A DNA stretch of 64,000 bases, from NCBI GenBank assembly GCA_963666485.2, contig CAXXUO010000001.1, positions 928,001 through 992,000 of the forward strand, given 5' to 3'. The notes beneath the pieces are model-generated. The model was not told the origin of the DNA, made no database searches, and was given only the letters and a program-made list of their open reading frames with translations. A program made the position numbers and the translations under genes. Position 1 is the first letter of the stretch; each line of letters begins with the position of its first letter. Shown here piece after piece: positions 9,251-19,161 of this stretch. Source of the DNA: Syntrophorhabdaceae bacterium (GTDB lineage: Bacteria > Desulfobacterota > Syntrophorhabdia > Syntrophorhabdales > Syntrophorhabdaceae).

Positions 9251-10393
9251 CTACGCGCGCTTGAGAAGTTCCGAGCCGATTATCGCTTTTTCGACCTCTT
9301 TCGACCCTTCGTATATCTCGACGATCTTGGCGTCCCGGTAAAACCGCTGAATGTCATATTCCGCTATGTAGCCGTAGCCTCCGTGAAGCTGAAGGGCCTT
9401 GTTGACGACCTCGACCGCCGTATCGCCGGCGTTCCATTTCGCCATCGAGATAAGCGCGGGGTCCGGGCGGCCGTTGTCGACCGTGTATGCCGCGCGCCAG
9501 TAAAGCCCGCGGGCCGCTTCGATCCGCGTCGCCATTTCCGCTATCACGAACTGAATGCCCTGGAGACGGGCCAGTGTCCCGCCGAAGGCCTTGCGTTTCT
9601 TTACATGATTGATGGCGAGCTCCATCGCCCCCTGTGCGACGCCGACGCCCTGTGCCGCAACGTGGTTCCTCGTCTTGTTGAAAAAATCCATGAGCTGTTT
9701 AAAGCCGTTGCCCGGCTCGCCGACCAGGTTTTCAACGGGCGCTTCCACGTCGACGAGGCTGATCTCCGCTGTATTCGAGGCCCGGATGCCCATCTTCCCG
9801 TGTATCTTCGTGGCCTGGAATCCCGGCTGTTTTGCGTCGACAAGTATGGCGCTGTGCCTCTTGTGGACGTTCGGGTTGTCCGGGTCCGTCAGGCACAGCA
9901 CGAGAAGATAGTCGGCAAGACAGCCGTTCGTGATGAACATCTTCGACCCGTTGATGACCCAGCTGCCATTTTTGCGTTCCGCTTTGGTCTTTATGCCGGC
10001 GGCATCGCTCCCCGCATCCGGTTCGGTGATCCCGAAACCCATGATCGCATTCCCGCTGACGAGCGGGGGCAGATATTTTTTCTTCAGCTCTTCAGAACCG
10101 AATGCCTGTATCATCTCGGAACCAAACGTGGTCGAAAGGACGGCCTGACCGCAACCCGGGTCAACACGCCAGAATTCCTCGGCGATCAGGGAATGGTCAA
10201 AGAAGCCGAGACCGTGCCCGCCGTATTCCTCCTTGATGAAGGTGCCGACAAACCCGTTTTCGCATGCCTTTTTCCATATCGAAAGATCGAATTCTTCCTT
10301 TTCGTCGAATTCCTTCGCCCTTTCCTTGAATTCCCCTTCGGCAAATTCCCGCGCAGCCTGTTTAATATCCTTTTGTTCCGAGGTCAGTTCCAT
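9251..10393 (-). CDS. Acyl-CoA dehydrogenase
   Basis: ITEPDAGSD, NGSKMFITNG, KMGIRAS, LQLHGGYGY, IYEG. Confidence 0.95.
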   Translation of the reverse strand: MELTSEQKDIKQAAREFAEGEFKERAKEFDEKEEFDLSIWKKACENGFVGTFIKEEYGGHGLGFFDHSLIAEEFWRVDPGCGQAVLSTTFGSEMIQAFGSEELKKKYLPPLVSGNAIMGFGITEPDAGSDAAGIKTKAERKNGSWVINGSKMFITNGCLADYLLVLCLTDPDNPNVHKRHSAILVDAKQPGFQATKIHGKMGIRASNTAEISLVDVEAPVENLVGEPGNGFKQLMDFFNKTRNHVAAQGVGVAQGAMELAINHVKKRKAFGGTLARLQGIQFVIAEMATRIEAARGLYWRAAYTVDNGRPDPALISMAKWNAGDTAVEVVNKALQLHGGYGYIAEYDIQRFYRDAKIVEIYEGSKEVEKAIIGSELLKRA

Positions 10394-10436
10394 CGATATC
10401 TCTCCTTATTAAACTTTTAGTTTCCTATCGCCGGCA

Positions 10437-11066
10437 CTACCTGCTTGCCCCCGCAACCGAGGCTGCGGCCGGGGCCGGGGCCACCGCCATCTTGGGCACC
10501 GAAACCGGTTTACCCACAGGCACCTTGACTCCAACAAATTCACCCAGGGAATGAGCCAGCATCCACAACGCCCACAGCATGGCCATGAAACACGTCCACG
10601 CCGCCAGCGGTTTGAGGCCGTGGTAGCCGAGGTCTATGAAGCCGATCGTAAAAAGAATGACAACACCAAGCGGTGAGATGCAGAAGACAAATTTCGGGGC
10701 ACGCAGGAACCCGAGGCCCCATATGCCCATAAATGTCCCGAGCAGCATGAAAACGTATCCCAGGATGGGAACGGGTATGCCGAGCTTCAGGACCGTCATG
10801 AGAAAGGACAGTCCCGGGACAAGCATGAAGAGGCACCCCATCGCCGCAAGGAGATTGCCCCTCACGCCGATACCCCGGCGCAGTTCGATGATCCCCGCTA
10901 TGATCTGTGCAATGCCTCCCGAAAAACATATCGCAAACAGTATCGCCGTGTTCTCCTTGGGTATCAGCCCCAGGAAGTATAACCACAATATCATCGTTAT
11001 CATGGCAAATGCGCACATTCCCAGTGCATTTGCCCCCGCCCACTGCTGTTCCGACTGCTGCGCCAT
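10437..11066 (-). CDS. GPR1/FUN34/YaaH (SatP-like) carboxylate channel
   Basis: About six hydrophobic helices; WAGANALGMCAFAMIT and GGIAQIIAGIIE resemble SatP motifs; RBS AGGGGG before ATG 11066. Confidence 0.65.
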   Translation of the reverse strand: MAQQSEQQWAGANALGMCAFAMITMILWLYFLGLIPKENTAILFAICFSGGIAQIIAGIIELRRGIGVRGNLLAAMGCLFMLVPGLSFLMTVLKLGIPVPILGYVFMLLGTFMGIWGLGFLRAPKFVFCISPLGVVILFTIGFIDLGYHGLKPLAAWTCFMAMLWALWMLAHSLGEFVGVKVPVGKPVSVPKMAVAPAPAAASVAGASR

Positions 11067-11091
11067 AATAAGCCCCCTTATTATTTTGTTA

Positions 11092-12672
11092 TTATGCCTG
11101 CGCGCTGCCAAACTGTTCGCGCAGTTCCCTCTTCAGGATCTTCCCGGCCGCGTTTCTCGGCAGTTCGGGAACGAAATGGACCACCTTGGGCACCTTGTAC
11201 CCGGCGATCTTGCCCTTGCAATACTGCGTTATGTCCGCCGGTTCGATCTCGGCGCCGCTGTTGAGGACGACGATGGCCGCAACCGCCTCGCCCCAGGTCG
11301 GGTGCGGGACACCGATGACACACGACTCCTTCACGTTGTCATTCGTATGAAGGACCTTTTCCACCTCGGCCGGGTAGACGTTCTCGCCGCCCGTTATGAT
11401 CATGTCCTTCAGGCGGTCGATGACCCGTATGAAGCCAAATTCGTCGATCGAGCAGACGTCTTCCGTGTGGAACCACTCGCCCTTGAACGCCTTCTCCGTC
11501 GCCTCTTTCTTGTGCCAGTAGCCAAGCGACATCCCGGGCCCGCGTATGATCATCTCGCCGACGCCGCCGGGGCCGACCTGATTGCCCGCCTCGTCGACAA
11601 CCAGGATCTCCATGTCGTAGCTTGCGCGGCCGCATGATTCGAGGACCTTCTTATCGCCCCTCTCGTAAGCCTCCTTGATGTCGCGAACGGACAGGTTCGT
11701 CGTGACGCCGGTCGATTCCGTCGTCCCGTGATGTTCGCCGAGGATATTGCCGAATTTTTCGATGAATTTCCCGTACACGGCCGGGATGATGCCCGCACCC
11801 GCGAACCACAGGGTCCTCCAGCTCGACACATCCCATTTATCGATATTGGGTGAATCCAGCATCATCATAACCATAGGGGTCGCGAACATGCCCGCCGTCA
11901 GCTTGAATTTTTCGGTCATCGAAAGGAACAGGTCGACATCCCAGCGCGCGAAGATATAGGCCGGGGCTGCCGTGTATATGCTTCCAAAGAACGTGTAATG
12001 TGCGGTGATATGGTACATGGGGCAGACGATGAAAACGCGGTCGTCCATGGTCAGGTCGTTGTTCTTCGAACACACGCGGCCCGCATGGTAAAAATTGCCA
12101 TGGGTCTGCATGACCCCTTTCGGGAGCCCGGTCGTTCCGCTCGTGTACATGAGCATGGCGATGTCGTCCTCGAAAACATCGACCGCAACATCCGCGGAAG
12201 AAGAATGCTCGATGAGCTCTTCATAATCGAACCATCCTTCGGGCCTGTTGGCCGGTGTGCCGAAGTAGATCACCTTCTGCACCGACGGGATATTGGGCAG
12301 GATGCCCTGTGCGATCTTCGCAAACCCTTCCTGGACGATCAGGATCGAGGGTTCGGCATCCGAGAGCACCGCGGCGATCTCGGGCGGTGCGAGCCTGAAA
12401 TTGCAGACGACATATATCAGTCCTGCATTCGGGACGCTCAAGGCGGTTTCGATGTATTCAAAGCTGTTCTGGCTGAGGATGGCCACCCGGTCGCCCTTGC
12501 GTGCGCCCAACGCGTGGAGGGCGTTGCCCATACGGTTGACCCTTTCCTTCAAGTTCTTATACGTATATTCGCCGTGGCCCTCGACCTCTTTCATGGCGAC
12601 CCTATCCGGCCAAAGCATGGCATTCCTGTCGATCAGGGTCCGTATCGTTTCAAACCTTTTTTCTCCTCCCAT
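11092..12672 (-). CDS. Acyl-CoA synthetase (AMP-forming, FadD-like)
   Basis: YTSGTTGLPKG, IITGGENVYPAEVE, LPRNAAGKILK; RBS AAGGAGG before ATG 12672. Confidence 0.92.
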   Translation of the reverse strand: MGGEKRFETIRTLIDRNAMLWPDRVAMKEVEGHGEYTYKNLKERVNRMGNALHALGARKGDRVAILSQNSFEYIETALSVPNAGLIYVVCNFRLAPPEIAAVLSDAEPSILIVQEGFAKIAQGILPNIPSVQKVIYFGTPANRPEGWFDYEELIEHSSSADVAVDVFEDDIAMLMYTSGTTGLPKGVMQTHGNFYHAGRVCSKNNDLTMDDRVFIVCPMYHITAHYTFFGSIYTAAPAYIFARWDVDLFLSMTEKFKLTAGMFATPMVMMMLDSPNIDKWDVSSWRTLWFAGAGIIPAVYGKFIEKFGNILGEHHGTTESTGVTTNLSVRDIKEAYERGDKKVLESCGRASYDMEILVVDEAGNQVGPGGVGEMIIRGPGMSLGYWHKKEATEKAFKGEWFHTEDVCSIDEFGFIRVIDRLKDMIITGGENVYPAEVEKVLHTNDNVKESCVIGVPHPTWGEAVAAIVVLNSGAEIEPADITQYCKGKIAGYKVPKVVHFVPELPRNAAGKILKRELREQFGSAQA

Positions 12673-12710
12673 AATACCCTCCTTCAAAAGGTGAATTGCG
12701 GGAAACGTAG

Positions 12711-12726
12711 GGCAATTTTGATGCCA
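12711..12726 (-). promoter_or_regulatory. sigma54 (-24/-12) promoter
   Basis: TGGCATCAAAATTGCC (GG-N10-GC) upstream of the ligase start at 12672. Confidence 0.75.
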
Positions 12727-12882
12727 TATTCTATTATTGAATGATTTCAGGATGTTAAACATATGCCTCCGGGAACGGGACAACTGCGCATTTTCCGGGA
12801 ACAGTGTGTGTGTCGGCGCGTTTCGATCGCGGAATGGCGGTTTTACTTGTTTTCCGGGGGGCTGGGACCTTACGGTCAAAAG

Positions 12883-12943
12883 TGTATCCCCAGGAAACAA
12901 TGTCTCCTGGGGATACGATGGGGATATTCCCGGATATCCGGGA
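12883..12943. promoter_or_regulatory. Tandem putative enhancer sites plus a 16-bp palindrome
   Basis: TGTATCCCCAGGAAACA (12883-12899), TGTCTCCTGGGGATACG (12901-12917), TCCCGGATATCCGGGA (12928-12943). Confidence 0.5.
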
Positions 12944-12957
12944 TATTCTTCAATTTT

Positions 12958-14103
12958 TCAAAAGGTTCTTCTGAGAAGCTCGCTTGCGATGACCGCCTTT
13001 TCGACCTCTTTCGACCCTTCATAGATCTCGATGATCTTGGCGTCACGGTAGAATCTCTGGATGTCGTACTCGGCGATGTAGCCGTATCCGCCATGGAGCT
13101 GGAGTGATTCGTTGGCGACATAGACCGCGGTCTCGCCGGCAAACCATTTTGCCATGGAGACAAGGGCCGGGTCGAGCCTGCCGTTATCGAGCAGGTACGC
13201 GGCGCGCCAGTACAGGGCCCTTGCCGCCTCGATGCGCGTCGCCATCTCGGCTATCTTGAACTGGACCCCCTGGAGCTTCGATAGGGTCCCGCCGAACGCC
13301 TTCCTTTTCTTAACATGCGATATTGCCATCTCGAGGGCGCCCTGCGCGACGCCGACGCCCTGCGCCGCAACGTGATTGCGCGTCATGTTGAAGAAATCCA
13401 TGAGCTGATAGAACCCGCGGCCTTCCTGTCCGATAAGGTTTTCGACAGGGACTTCGACATCGGCAAACGAGATCTCCGCAGTGTTCGACGCCCGTATGCC
13501 CATCTTGCCATGTATCTTCGTGGCGGCGAACCCGGCCGTCGCCGTGTCGAGAAGGATGATGCTGCACCGTTTATGGATATCCTTGACCTCGGGGTTTGTG
13601 ACGGCATAGACGAGGAGGTACTTCGCGGTGCACCCGTTGGTGATAAACATCTTGGAACCGTTGATCACGTAGCGGTCCCCCTTCTTCTCGGCACGGGTCT
13701 TCACGAGCGTCACGTCGCTGCCCGCGTCGGGCTCGGTTATCGCCGTCCCGATCAGTGCTTCGCCGGAGATTATCTTCGGCAGGTAGAGATTCTTCTGTTC
13801 CTCGGTGCCGAATGCCTGTATCATCTCGGTGCCGAAACTGGCGGAGCAGATGTTCTGGCCGCAGCCGGGATCGACCCTCCACATTTGCTCGGTAATAAGC
13901 GAGTGTTCGAGGAAACCAAGGCCGGCGCCGCCATATTCTTCTTTAATGAAGACACCGATGAAGCCGTTCTCGGCGGCCCTTTTTACAATGGACGGGTCGA
14001 ATTCCTCTTTCTCGTCAAATTCCTTCGCCCTGTCCGTGAACTCTTTCTCGGCAAATTCGCGTGCGGCATTTACAATATCCCTCTGTTCCGCTGTCAATTC
14101 CAT
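12958..14103 (-). CDS. Acyl-CoA dehydrogenase (paralog of 9251-10393)
   Basis: ITEPDAGSD, NGSKMFITNG, LQLHGGYGY, IYEG; closely similar to the paralog throughout. Confidence 0.95.
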   Translation of the reverse strand: MELTAEQRDIVNAAREFAEKEFTDRAKEFDEKEEFDPSIVKRAAENGFIGVFIKEEYGGAGLGFLEHSLITEQMWRVDPGCGQNICSASFGTEMIQAFGTEEQKNLYLPKIISGEALIGTAITEPDAGSDVTLVKTRAEKKGDRYVINGSKMFITNGCTAKYLLVYAVTNPEVKDIHKRCSIILLDTATAGFAATKIHGKMGIRASNTAEISFADVEVPVENLIGQEGRGFYQLMDFFNMTRNHVAAQGVGVAQGALEMAISHVKKRKAFGGTLSKLQGVQFKIAEMATRIEAARALYWRAAYLLDNGRLDPALVSMAKWFAGETAVYVANESLQLHGGYGYIAEYDIQRFYRDAKIIEIYEGSKEVEKAVIASELLRRTF

Positions 14104-14148
14104 GCTGGCATCCCTCCAGGCTGTATTTGGACTGAATCTTCCTTCGGG

Positions 14149-15729
14149 TCACGCCGACCCGAACTGTTTTCTGAGCTCCGGTTTCGATATCTTGCCGGCC
14201 GGGTTCCGGGGCATCTCGGCGATGAAATGGACGATCTTCGGCACCTTGTACCCGGCTATCTTGCCCTTGCAATACTGGATGAGGCCTGCGGCGTCGAGTT
14301 CGGCCCCGTCATTCAGCACAACTATAGCGGCGATCGCCTCGCCCCACACGGGATGCGGGACACCTATCGCCGACGACTCGCGCACGGCCGGGTGCTCGTT
14401 CACGACCTTTTCGATCTCCGCGGGATAGACGTTCTCGCCGCCCGTGATGATCATGTCCTTCTTGCGGTCGATAATATAGACGAACCCCTTCGCATCGATA
14501 TGGCAGATATCTTCGGTGTAGAACCACCCGTTCCGGAAAGACTTCCGTGTCTGCTCCTCTTTGCGCCAGTAGCCGGCGGATGTGCCGAGCCCCCGCACCT
14601 TCATCTCGCCTTCACCGGGGGGCGTGACGGGGTTGTCATTGTCGTCGACGATCCGGACCTCGCAGTCATATGCGTCCCTGCCGCACGACTCGAGTACCCT
14701 GAGGTTGTCATCGGTCAGTTCCCGTGCGATGTCTGCCGCCGAGAGGTTGGCCGTCACCCCGGTCGTTTCCGTCGTGCCGTGGTGCTCGCCGAGGATGCAC
14801 CCGAACGTGTCGATGAACTGCTTGTAGACGGTCGGGATGATCCCCGCCCCCGCGAACCAGAGCTTGTTCATGCTCGACACGTCGTACCGGTCTTTCAGTG
14901 ACGGCCATACATCGAGCAGCATGCGCACCATAGGCGTCGCAAGCATTCCCGCAACGATCCTGTCCTCATGCGCCGCCTTGAACAGGCCCTCAGGGTCGAA
15001 CTTCTGGAAGAGCACGCTCGATGCCCCCCTGTAGAAGGGACCAAAAAATGACGTCGATGCCGTGACGTGATACATCGGGCATATGGTGAAGCCGATATCG
15101 TCCGTTTCGACACGGTTATTGAATGCGCAGGTACGGCCGCAGTGGTACATATTGAGATGGGTCTGCATCACGCCTTTCGGTGCGCCGGTCGTCCCGCTCG
15201 TGTACATGAGCTGCGCAAGGTTATCATCAAAAACCGGCTCTTTCCAGCCATCCGGCCCGGCACCCCGTATCAATTCCTCGTACGCGTGCCAGCCTTCCGG
15301 TTTTTTCGACGCGGGCCCGATATGGACCCATTCCCGGACAGAGGGTATGTCACCTTTTATCTCCTGTGCGGTAGCGACGTACTGGTCGTCGACGAACAGA
15401 ACGCAGGGCTCCGCATCGGACAGGACCCCTGCCATTTCCCTGCCTGCCAGGCGGAAATTAACAGGAACAAATATAAATCCCGCCGCGCTTACGGCCAATG
15501 TCAGCTCGATGTACTCGAAGCTGTTCTGGCTCATAATGCCGACCCTGTCGCCCTTTCTCGCACCGAGCGCGAAAAGCGCGCTGCCGATCTTGACGGCCCG
15601 CTCCTTGAGTTCGGCAAACGTGCAGTTCCTGCCCGTCTCAAATTCTTTCATCGCCATCTTTGCCGGATACAGCGCCGCATTGCGCTCGATAAGCGTCCTC
15701 ACCGTCTGGAATTCATTGTTCGATCCCAT
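14149..15729 (-). CDS. Acyl-CoA synthetase (paralog of 11092-12672)
   Basis: YTSGTTGAPKG, GEHHGTTE, IITGGENVYPAEIE, MPRNPAGKI. Confidence 0.92.
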   Translation of the reverse strand: MGSNNEFQTVRTLIERNAALYPAKMAMKEFETGRNCTFAELKERAVKIGSALFALGARKGDRVGIMSQNSFEYIELTLAVSAAGFIFVPVNFRLAGREMAGVLSDAEPCVLFVDDQYVATAQEIKGDIPSVREWVHIGPASKKPEGWHAYEELIRGAGPDGWKEPVFDDNLAQLMYTSGTTGAPKGVMQTHLNMYHCGRTCAFNNRVETDDIGFTICPMYHVTASTSFFGPFYRGASSVLFQKFDPEGLFKAAHEDRIVAGMLATPMVRMLLDVWPSLKDRYDVSSMNKLWFAGAGIIPTVYKQFIDTFGCILGEHHGTTETTGVTANLSAADIARELTDDNLRVLESCGRDAYDCEVRIVDDNDNPVTPPGEGEMKVRGLGTSAGYWRKEEQTRKSFRNGWFYTEDICHIDAKGFVYIIDRKKDMIITGGENVYPAEIEKVVNEHPAVRESSAIGVPHPVWGEAIAAIVVLNDGAELDAAGLIQYCKGKIAGYKVPKIVHFIAEMPRNPAGKISKPELRKQFGSA

Positions 15730-15755
15730 TGTAAAAGTTCCTCCTTGATAAAAAA

Positions 15756-15870
15756 CGTAAGGCGTAAGGCGTTAAAAATTAGATAAGAATTGCTGAGTTC
15801 GCATCTCGAGACCGAAAGCCGGAAGTCGTGGAGTTTTTTTGCTTTTACCCCTTACGCCTCACGCCTTACG
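15756..15870. repeat. Inverted pair of short heptamer arrays (CGTAAGG)n / (CCTTACG)n
   Basis: CGTAAGGCGTAAGGCGT near 15756 and CCTTACGCCTCACGCCTTACG near 15850, in the dctM-ligase spacer. Confidence 0.5.
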
Positions 15871-15878
15871 GTCTTTTC

Positions 15879-17180
15879 TCATTTCATGAATACCCCCGGC
15901 AGATACAGCGTCAGCTGGGGGAAGATGAACAGAAGAATGACGCACAGTATGAGCGATATGAGAAACGGATAGACGCCCTGGTAGATGATGTTCATCGGGA
16001 CCTTCGTGATGTTCTTTACGACGAACACGCACATCGCGACCGGCGGGATGACGGAGCCCACGCAGACCGTGAGCGCTATCATGATGCATGCCCAGATCGG
16101 GTCGTACCCCATGCCGACTATTGCCGGATAGAATATCGGCGTCGCCAGGATCATGAAGGCGAGGTCGTCGATGAAAGAGCCGCCGATCAGGTAGATGATG
16201 AATATCAGGGACATGATGATGTGGCGGTTGAGCGGCAGGTTTATAACCCACTGTGCGACCTCGTTCGGAATGTTCGTGACCGCGATGAAGTGGCCGAGAA
16301 CGGTCGACGAGGCCACGATCACAAGGACCATGCACGAGGTCCTCAGCGCTTCCGTAATTGACTTGCGAATGCCGCTGAACCCGATGTCGCGCTTCACGAT
16401 GCACAGAACGAGTACGGCAAAGGTACCGATCGACCCGGCCTCGGTCGGGGTGAAGAAGCCTTTCATCAGCCCCCCGATGATGATGAGGAAGATGATGAGC
16501 GGCCACATCACGTCGGGAAGGGTCTTGATACGGACGGGCCACGTGTACTTCTCGCTCTTCGGCCCGATCGTCGGGTTTATCCGTGCCCAGCCGAATATGA
16601 CAAGGGCAAAGAAGAACGATATCATGAGGCCCGGGATCAGTCCCGCCATGAAAAGCTTCCCGATCGACTGCTGCGTGATGAGCCCGAGAAGGATAAGGGT
16701 GACGCTTGGCGGGATAAGAACGCCCAGCGTGCCCACCGTCGCCACGATCCCGGTCGAAAGTTTCTTGCTGTAATTGTACCTGTCCATCTCGGGGACGGCA
16801 ACGCTTGCGAACGTCGCGCTCGTCGCGACGATGGAACCGCACAGGGCCTTGAACACCGTTGCCCCGGCGACGGTCGCCATGGCGAGGCCCCCGGGGATAT
16901 GGCCCAGGAATTTGTGCGCGCTGTCGTAGAGGCGCTTTGCGATGCCTGCGTTGAAGGCTATCTGCCCCATCAGCACGAAGAGCGGAACGACCGTGAGACC
17001 ATACGACTCCAGTGAATCGTAAAAGTCGTTCGCGAGCATGGCAAGCGCCTGCCCGGGCCCGACCACGTAAGCATAACCGGCGACGCCCATAATTGCCATG
17101 GCAAAGGCAAGCTCGAGCCCGGTAAGGAAAAGCCCCATAAGAATGATGACCGCTACGATCCCGACAGTTATTTCATCCAT
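15879..17180 (-). CDS. dctM: TRAP transporter large permease
   Basis: VPLFVLMG, GTLGVLIPPS, FFTPTEAG, many TM helices; start overlaps the dctQ stop. Confidence 0.92.
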   Translation of the reverse strand: MDEITVGIVAVIILMGLFLTGLELAFAMAIMGVAGYAYVVGPGQALAMLANDFYDSLESYGLTVVPLFVLMGQIAFNAGIAKRLYDSAHKFLGHIPGGLAMATVAGATVFKALCGSIVATSATFASVAVPEMDRYNYSKKLSTGIVATVGTLGVLIPPSVTLILLGLITQQSIGKLFMAGLIPGLMISFFFALVIFGWARINPTIGPKSEKYTWPVRIKTLPDVMWPLIIFLIIIGGLMKGFFTPTEAGSIGTFAVLVLCIVKRDIGFSGIRKSITEALRTSCMVLVIVASSTVLGHFIAVTNIPNEVAQWVINLPLNRHIIMSLIFIIYLIGGSFIDDLAFMILATPIFYPAIVGMGYDPIWACIMIALTVCVGSVIPPVAMCVFVVKNITKVPMNIIYQGVYPFLISLILCVILLFIFPQLTLYLPGVFMK

Positions 17181-17661
17181 TGTTGTCACCACTCTTGAAT
17201 AAGATAGCGATATTGAGCAGAAGCACCAGCGCCTGCACGAACGCGCAGAATGCCAACCCGTACGCTACGGGGTAATACGGCATCTGGAGCGTCAGGGACA
17301 CGTCCCCGCTCCTGTAAAGGTGGTTCGCCTTCATGAACAGGTACCAGCCGAGCAGAACGAACAGGATTATACCCATGAGCCGATTGAAGCACCCGAAGGC
17401 TATCTTTACCGCGCGCGACCTGTTCTCGATCAGGAAATCGACAAATATATGGGCGTTGTCCCACGATGTCTGCGGGATGGCAAACCCGATGACCACGGCC
17501 CCGGCCATGGCGACAAGCTCATACGTCCCGGTGATGGGTTTCCAGAATATCCTCAGGCCCACGTCAACCACGGTGAGCATCATCATGAGGAACAATACGA
17601 TGCCCGCGAGCCCATTCATCCAGCCTGAGAATTTCTTGATCCCCCCGATAATGCCGTCCAT
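17173..17661 (-). CDS. dctQ: TRAP transporter small permease
   Basis: Four TM helices, DVGLR...PITGTYEL, HIFVD; lies between dctP and dctM. Confidence 0.88.
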   Translation of the reverse strand: MDGIIGGIKKFSGWMNGLAGIVLFLMMMLTVVDVGLRIFWKPITGTYELVAMAGAVVIGFAIPQTSWDNAHIFVDFLIENRSRAVKIAFGCFNRLMGIILFVLLGWYLFMKANHLYRSGDVSLTLQMPYYPVAYGLAFCAFVQALVLLLNIAILFKSGDNNG

Positions 17662-17726
17662 GTGACCCTCCTTTGGGAGCCGCTGCCGGGGAACAGGAAG
17701 AACCCCGGCAGCGTATTATATGGGGG

Positions 17727-18740
17727 CTATTTCGTGTTCTTTTTGATGTAGTCCCGGACGAATTTCAGGGCCTTGTCGCCGGGGAGGTTCTTCTCTTTGG
17801 CTTTCTTGACGTATTCACTGAACAGGGGCTCGATCTTCGCCACCCATTTCGCGTTCTCTTCCGCGGAAAGCTTGATCACCTGGTTTCCCCTCTTTACGGA
17901 GAACTCTTTGCCGTCCTGGTCCATCTTGTCCCAGAGCTTGCCCTGTTTTTCGATGAATTCCTGGTTGATCTCTTCGATTATCTTCTGGGCATCGGGAGGG
18001 ATGCTGTTCCATTTTGCCTTGTTCATTGCGATAACGAACGTGGCTGTATAAGCCGTCCCGTAGTTCTCGGTCGTGGACTTGATGACCTCTCCCAGCTTCC
18101 AGCCCTTCAATGCTTCATATCCGCAAAGGAGGCCGTCAGCCACGCCTTTCGACAGGGCATCGTACGCATCGCCCATCGGCATGGCCACAGGTGCGGCGCC
18201 GAGTATCGACATCATCTTCGCGTTTGAACCGAACGTCCTTATCTTCATGCCTTTCAGGTCTTCGAGGTTCTTGACCGGCTTTCTCGTGTGGAGGATGCCC
18301 GGGCCCTGAGCGTGAAAGAACATGACCTTGACATCGTCGAATTCTTTCGGCTTGAACTGTTTGTAAAATTCGTTCGCGAGCCTCGTCGCCACGATCCCGC
18401 TCGGATAGCCGAGAGGGTAGTCGAGTATCTCGGAAAGCGGGAACTTGCCCATCGTGTACCCGAGCACGCAGTTGCCGACATCGACAACACCCGAGAGTAT
18501 GCTGTCATACGTCTGCTGCGGCGAGGTCAGTGTCGCACCGGGGAAGTGCTGGACCTTTACCTTGCCGTGCGTCCTCTTTTCAACTTCCTTGCACCAATCC
18601 GCCGTGAGCTGGGCGTTGGGATGACTGACGGGGAAGAACGTCGAGAAGCGAAGTTTTACCTGCGCATTTGCGGGAACCGACACGAGGCAAAATGCTGCGA
18701 CCAGACAGATTACAAGCACACCGACCAGAAACCGTTTCAT
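17727..18740 (-). CDS. dctP: TRAP transporter substrate-binding protein
   Basis: Signal peptide, LEDLKGMKIR, MPMGDAYDALSKGVADG. Confidence 0.92.
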   Translation of the reverse strand: MKRFLVGVLVICLVAAFCLVSVPANAQVKLRFSTFFPVSHPNAQLTADWCKEVEKRTHGKVKVQHFPGATLTSPQQTYDSILSGVVDVGNCVLGYTMGKFPLSEILDYPLGYPSGIVATRLANEFYKQFKPKEFDDVKVMFFHAQGPGILHTRKPVKNLEDLKGMKIRTFGSNAKMMSILGAAPVAMPMGDAYDALSKGVADGLLCGYEALKGWKLGEVIKSTTENYGTAYTATFVIAMNKAKWNSIPPDAQKIIEEINQEFIEKQGKLWDKMDQDGKEFSVKRGNQVIKLSAEENAKWVAKIEPLFSEYVKKAKEKNLPGDKALKFVRDYIKKNTK

Positions 18741-18777
18741 GCAAACCCCCTTGAATATTTTTTATGTGAACCAAAAA

Positions 18778-18793
18778 AGCAATTTTAATGCCA
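18778..18793 (-). promoter_or_regulatory. sigma54 (-24/-12) promoter of the TRAP operon
   Basis: TGGCATTAAAATTGCT (GG-N10-GC), about 40 bp upstream of dctP. Confidence 0.8.
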
Positions 18794-18855
18794 TTTGCGT
18801 TCAGCTATATAATGCCCTCTAATTCAAGGTGCTATCCGGCATTCACTGTACGGGT

Positions 18856-18893
18856 TGTGCATAAATGATACACGGGTGTGCAAAAAAAGACCA
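18856..18893. promoter_or_regulatory. Tandem putative enhancer sites
   Basis: TGTGCATAAATGATACA (18856-18872) and TGTGCAAAAAAAGACCA (18877-18893). Confidence 0.5.
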
Positions 18894-18913
18894 ATCAAAA
18901 AAACTACCACCCC

Positions 18914-19063
18914 CGTCATCCCGGTGCTTGACACCGGGATCCAGTGTCTTTGTCTTTGCTTTTCCATCTCAGGTTTGTGCAACCCCTGTTTCTGCACCAT
19001 TTAGATCAGACAATCAAGGAAGAAAAAAAACCTTGGATCCCGGTGTCAAGCACCGGGATGACG
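18914..19063. repeat. REP/MITE-like element with perfect 30-bp inverted, internally palindromic repeats
   Basis: CGTCATCCCGGTGCTTGACACCGGGATCCA (18914-18943) and its exact reverse complement (19034-19063). Confidence 0.85.
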
Positions 19064-19161
19064 CATTGGCACAGTTTGCGATATGGTTGCTTATTTACAT
19101 GAACCGGTAAAACTGCACAGACATTTTTCAGATGGGTCTCGGATGTGGTTGGCCGTACTGT

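Noticed and set aside
12673..12900. N-terminal extension of the ligase to 12900
   Set aside because: The region holds a sigma54 promoter and enhancer-like sites; the RBS and paralog alignment support ATG 12672.
19067..19079. TGGCACAGTTTGC as a sigma54 promoter
   Set aside because: GG-to-GC spacing is 8 rather than 10, and no plus-strand gene follows.
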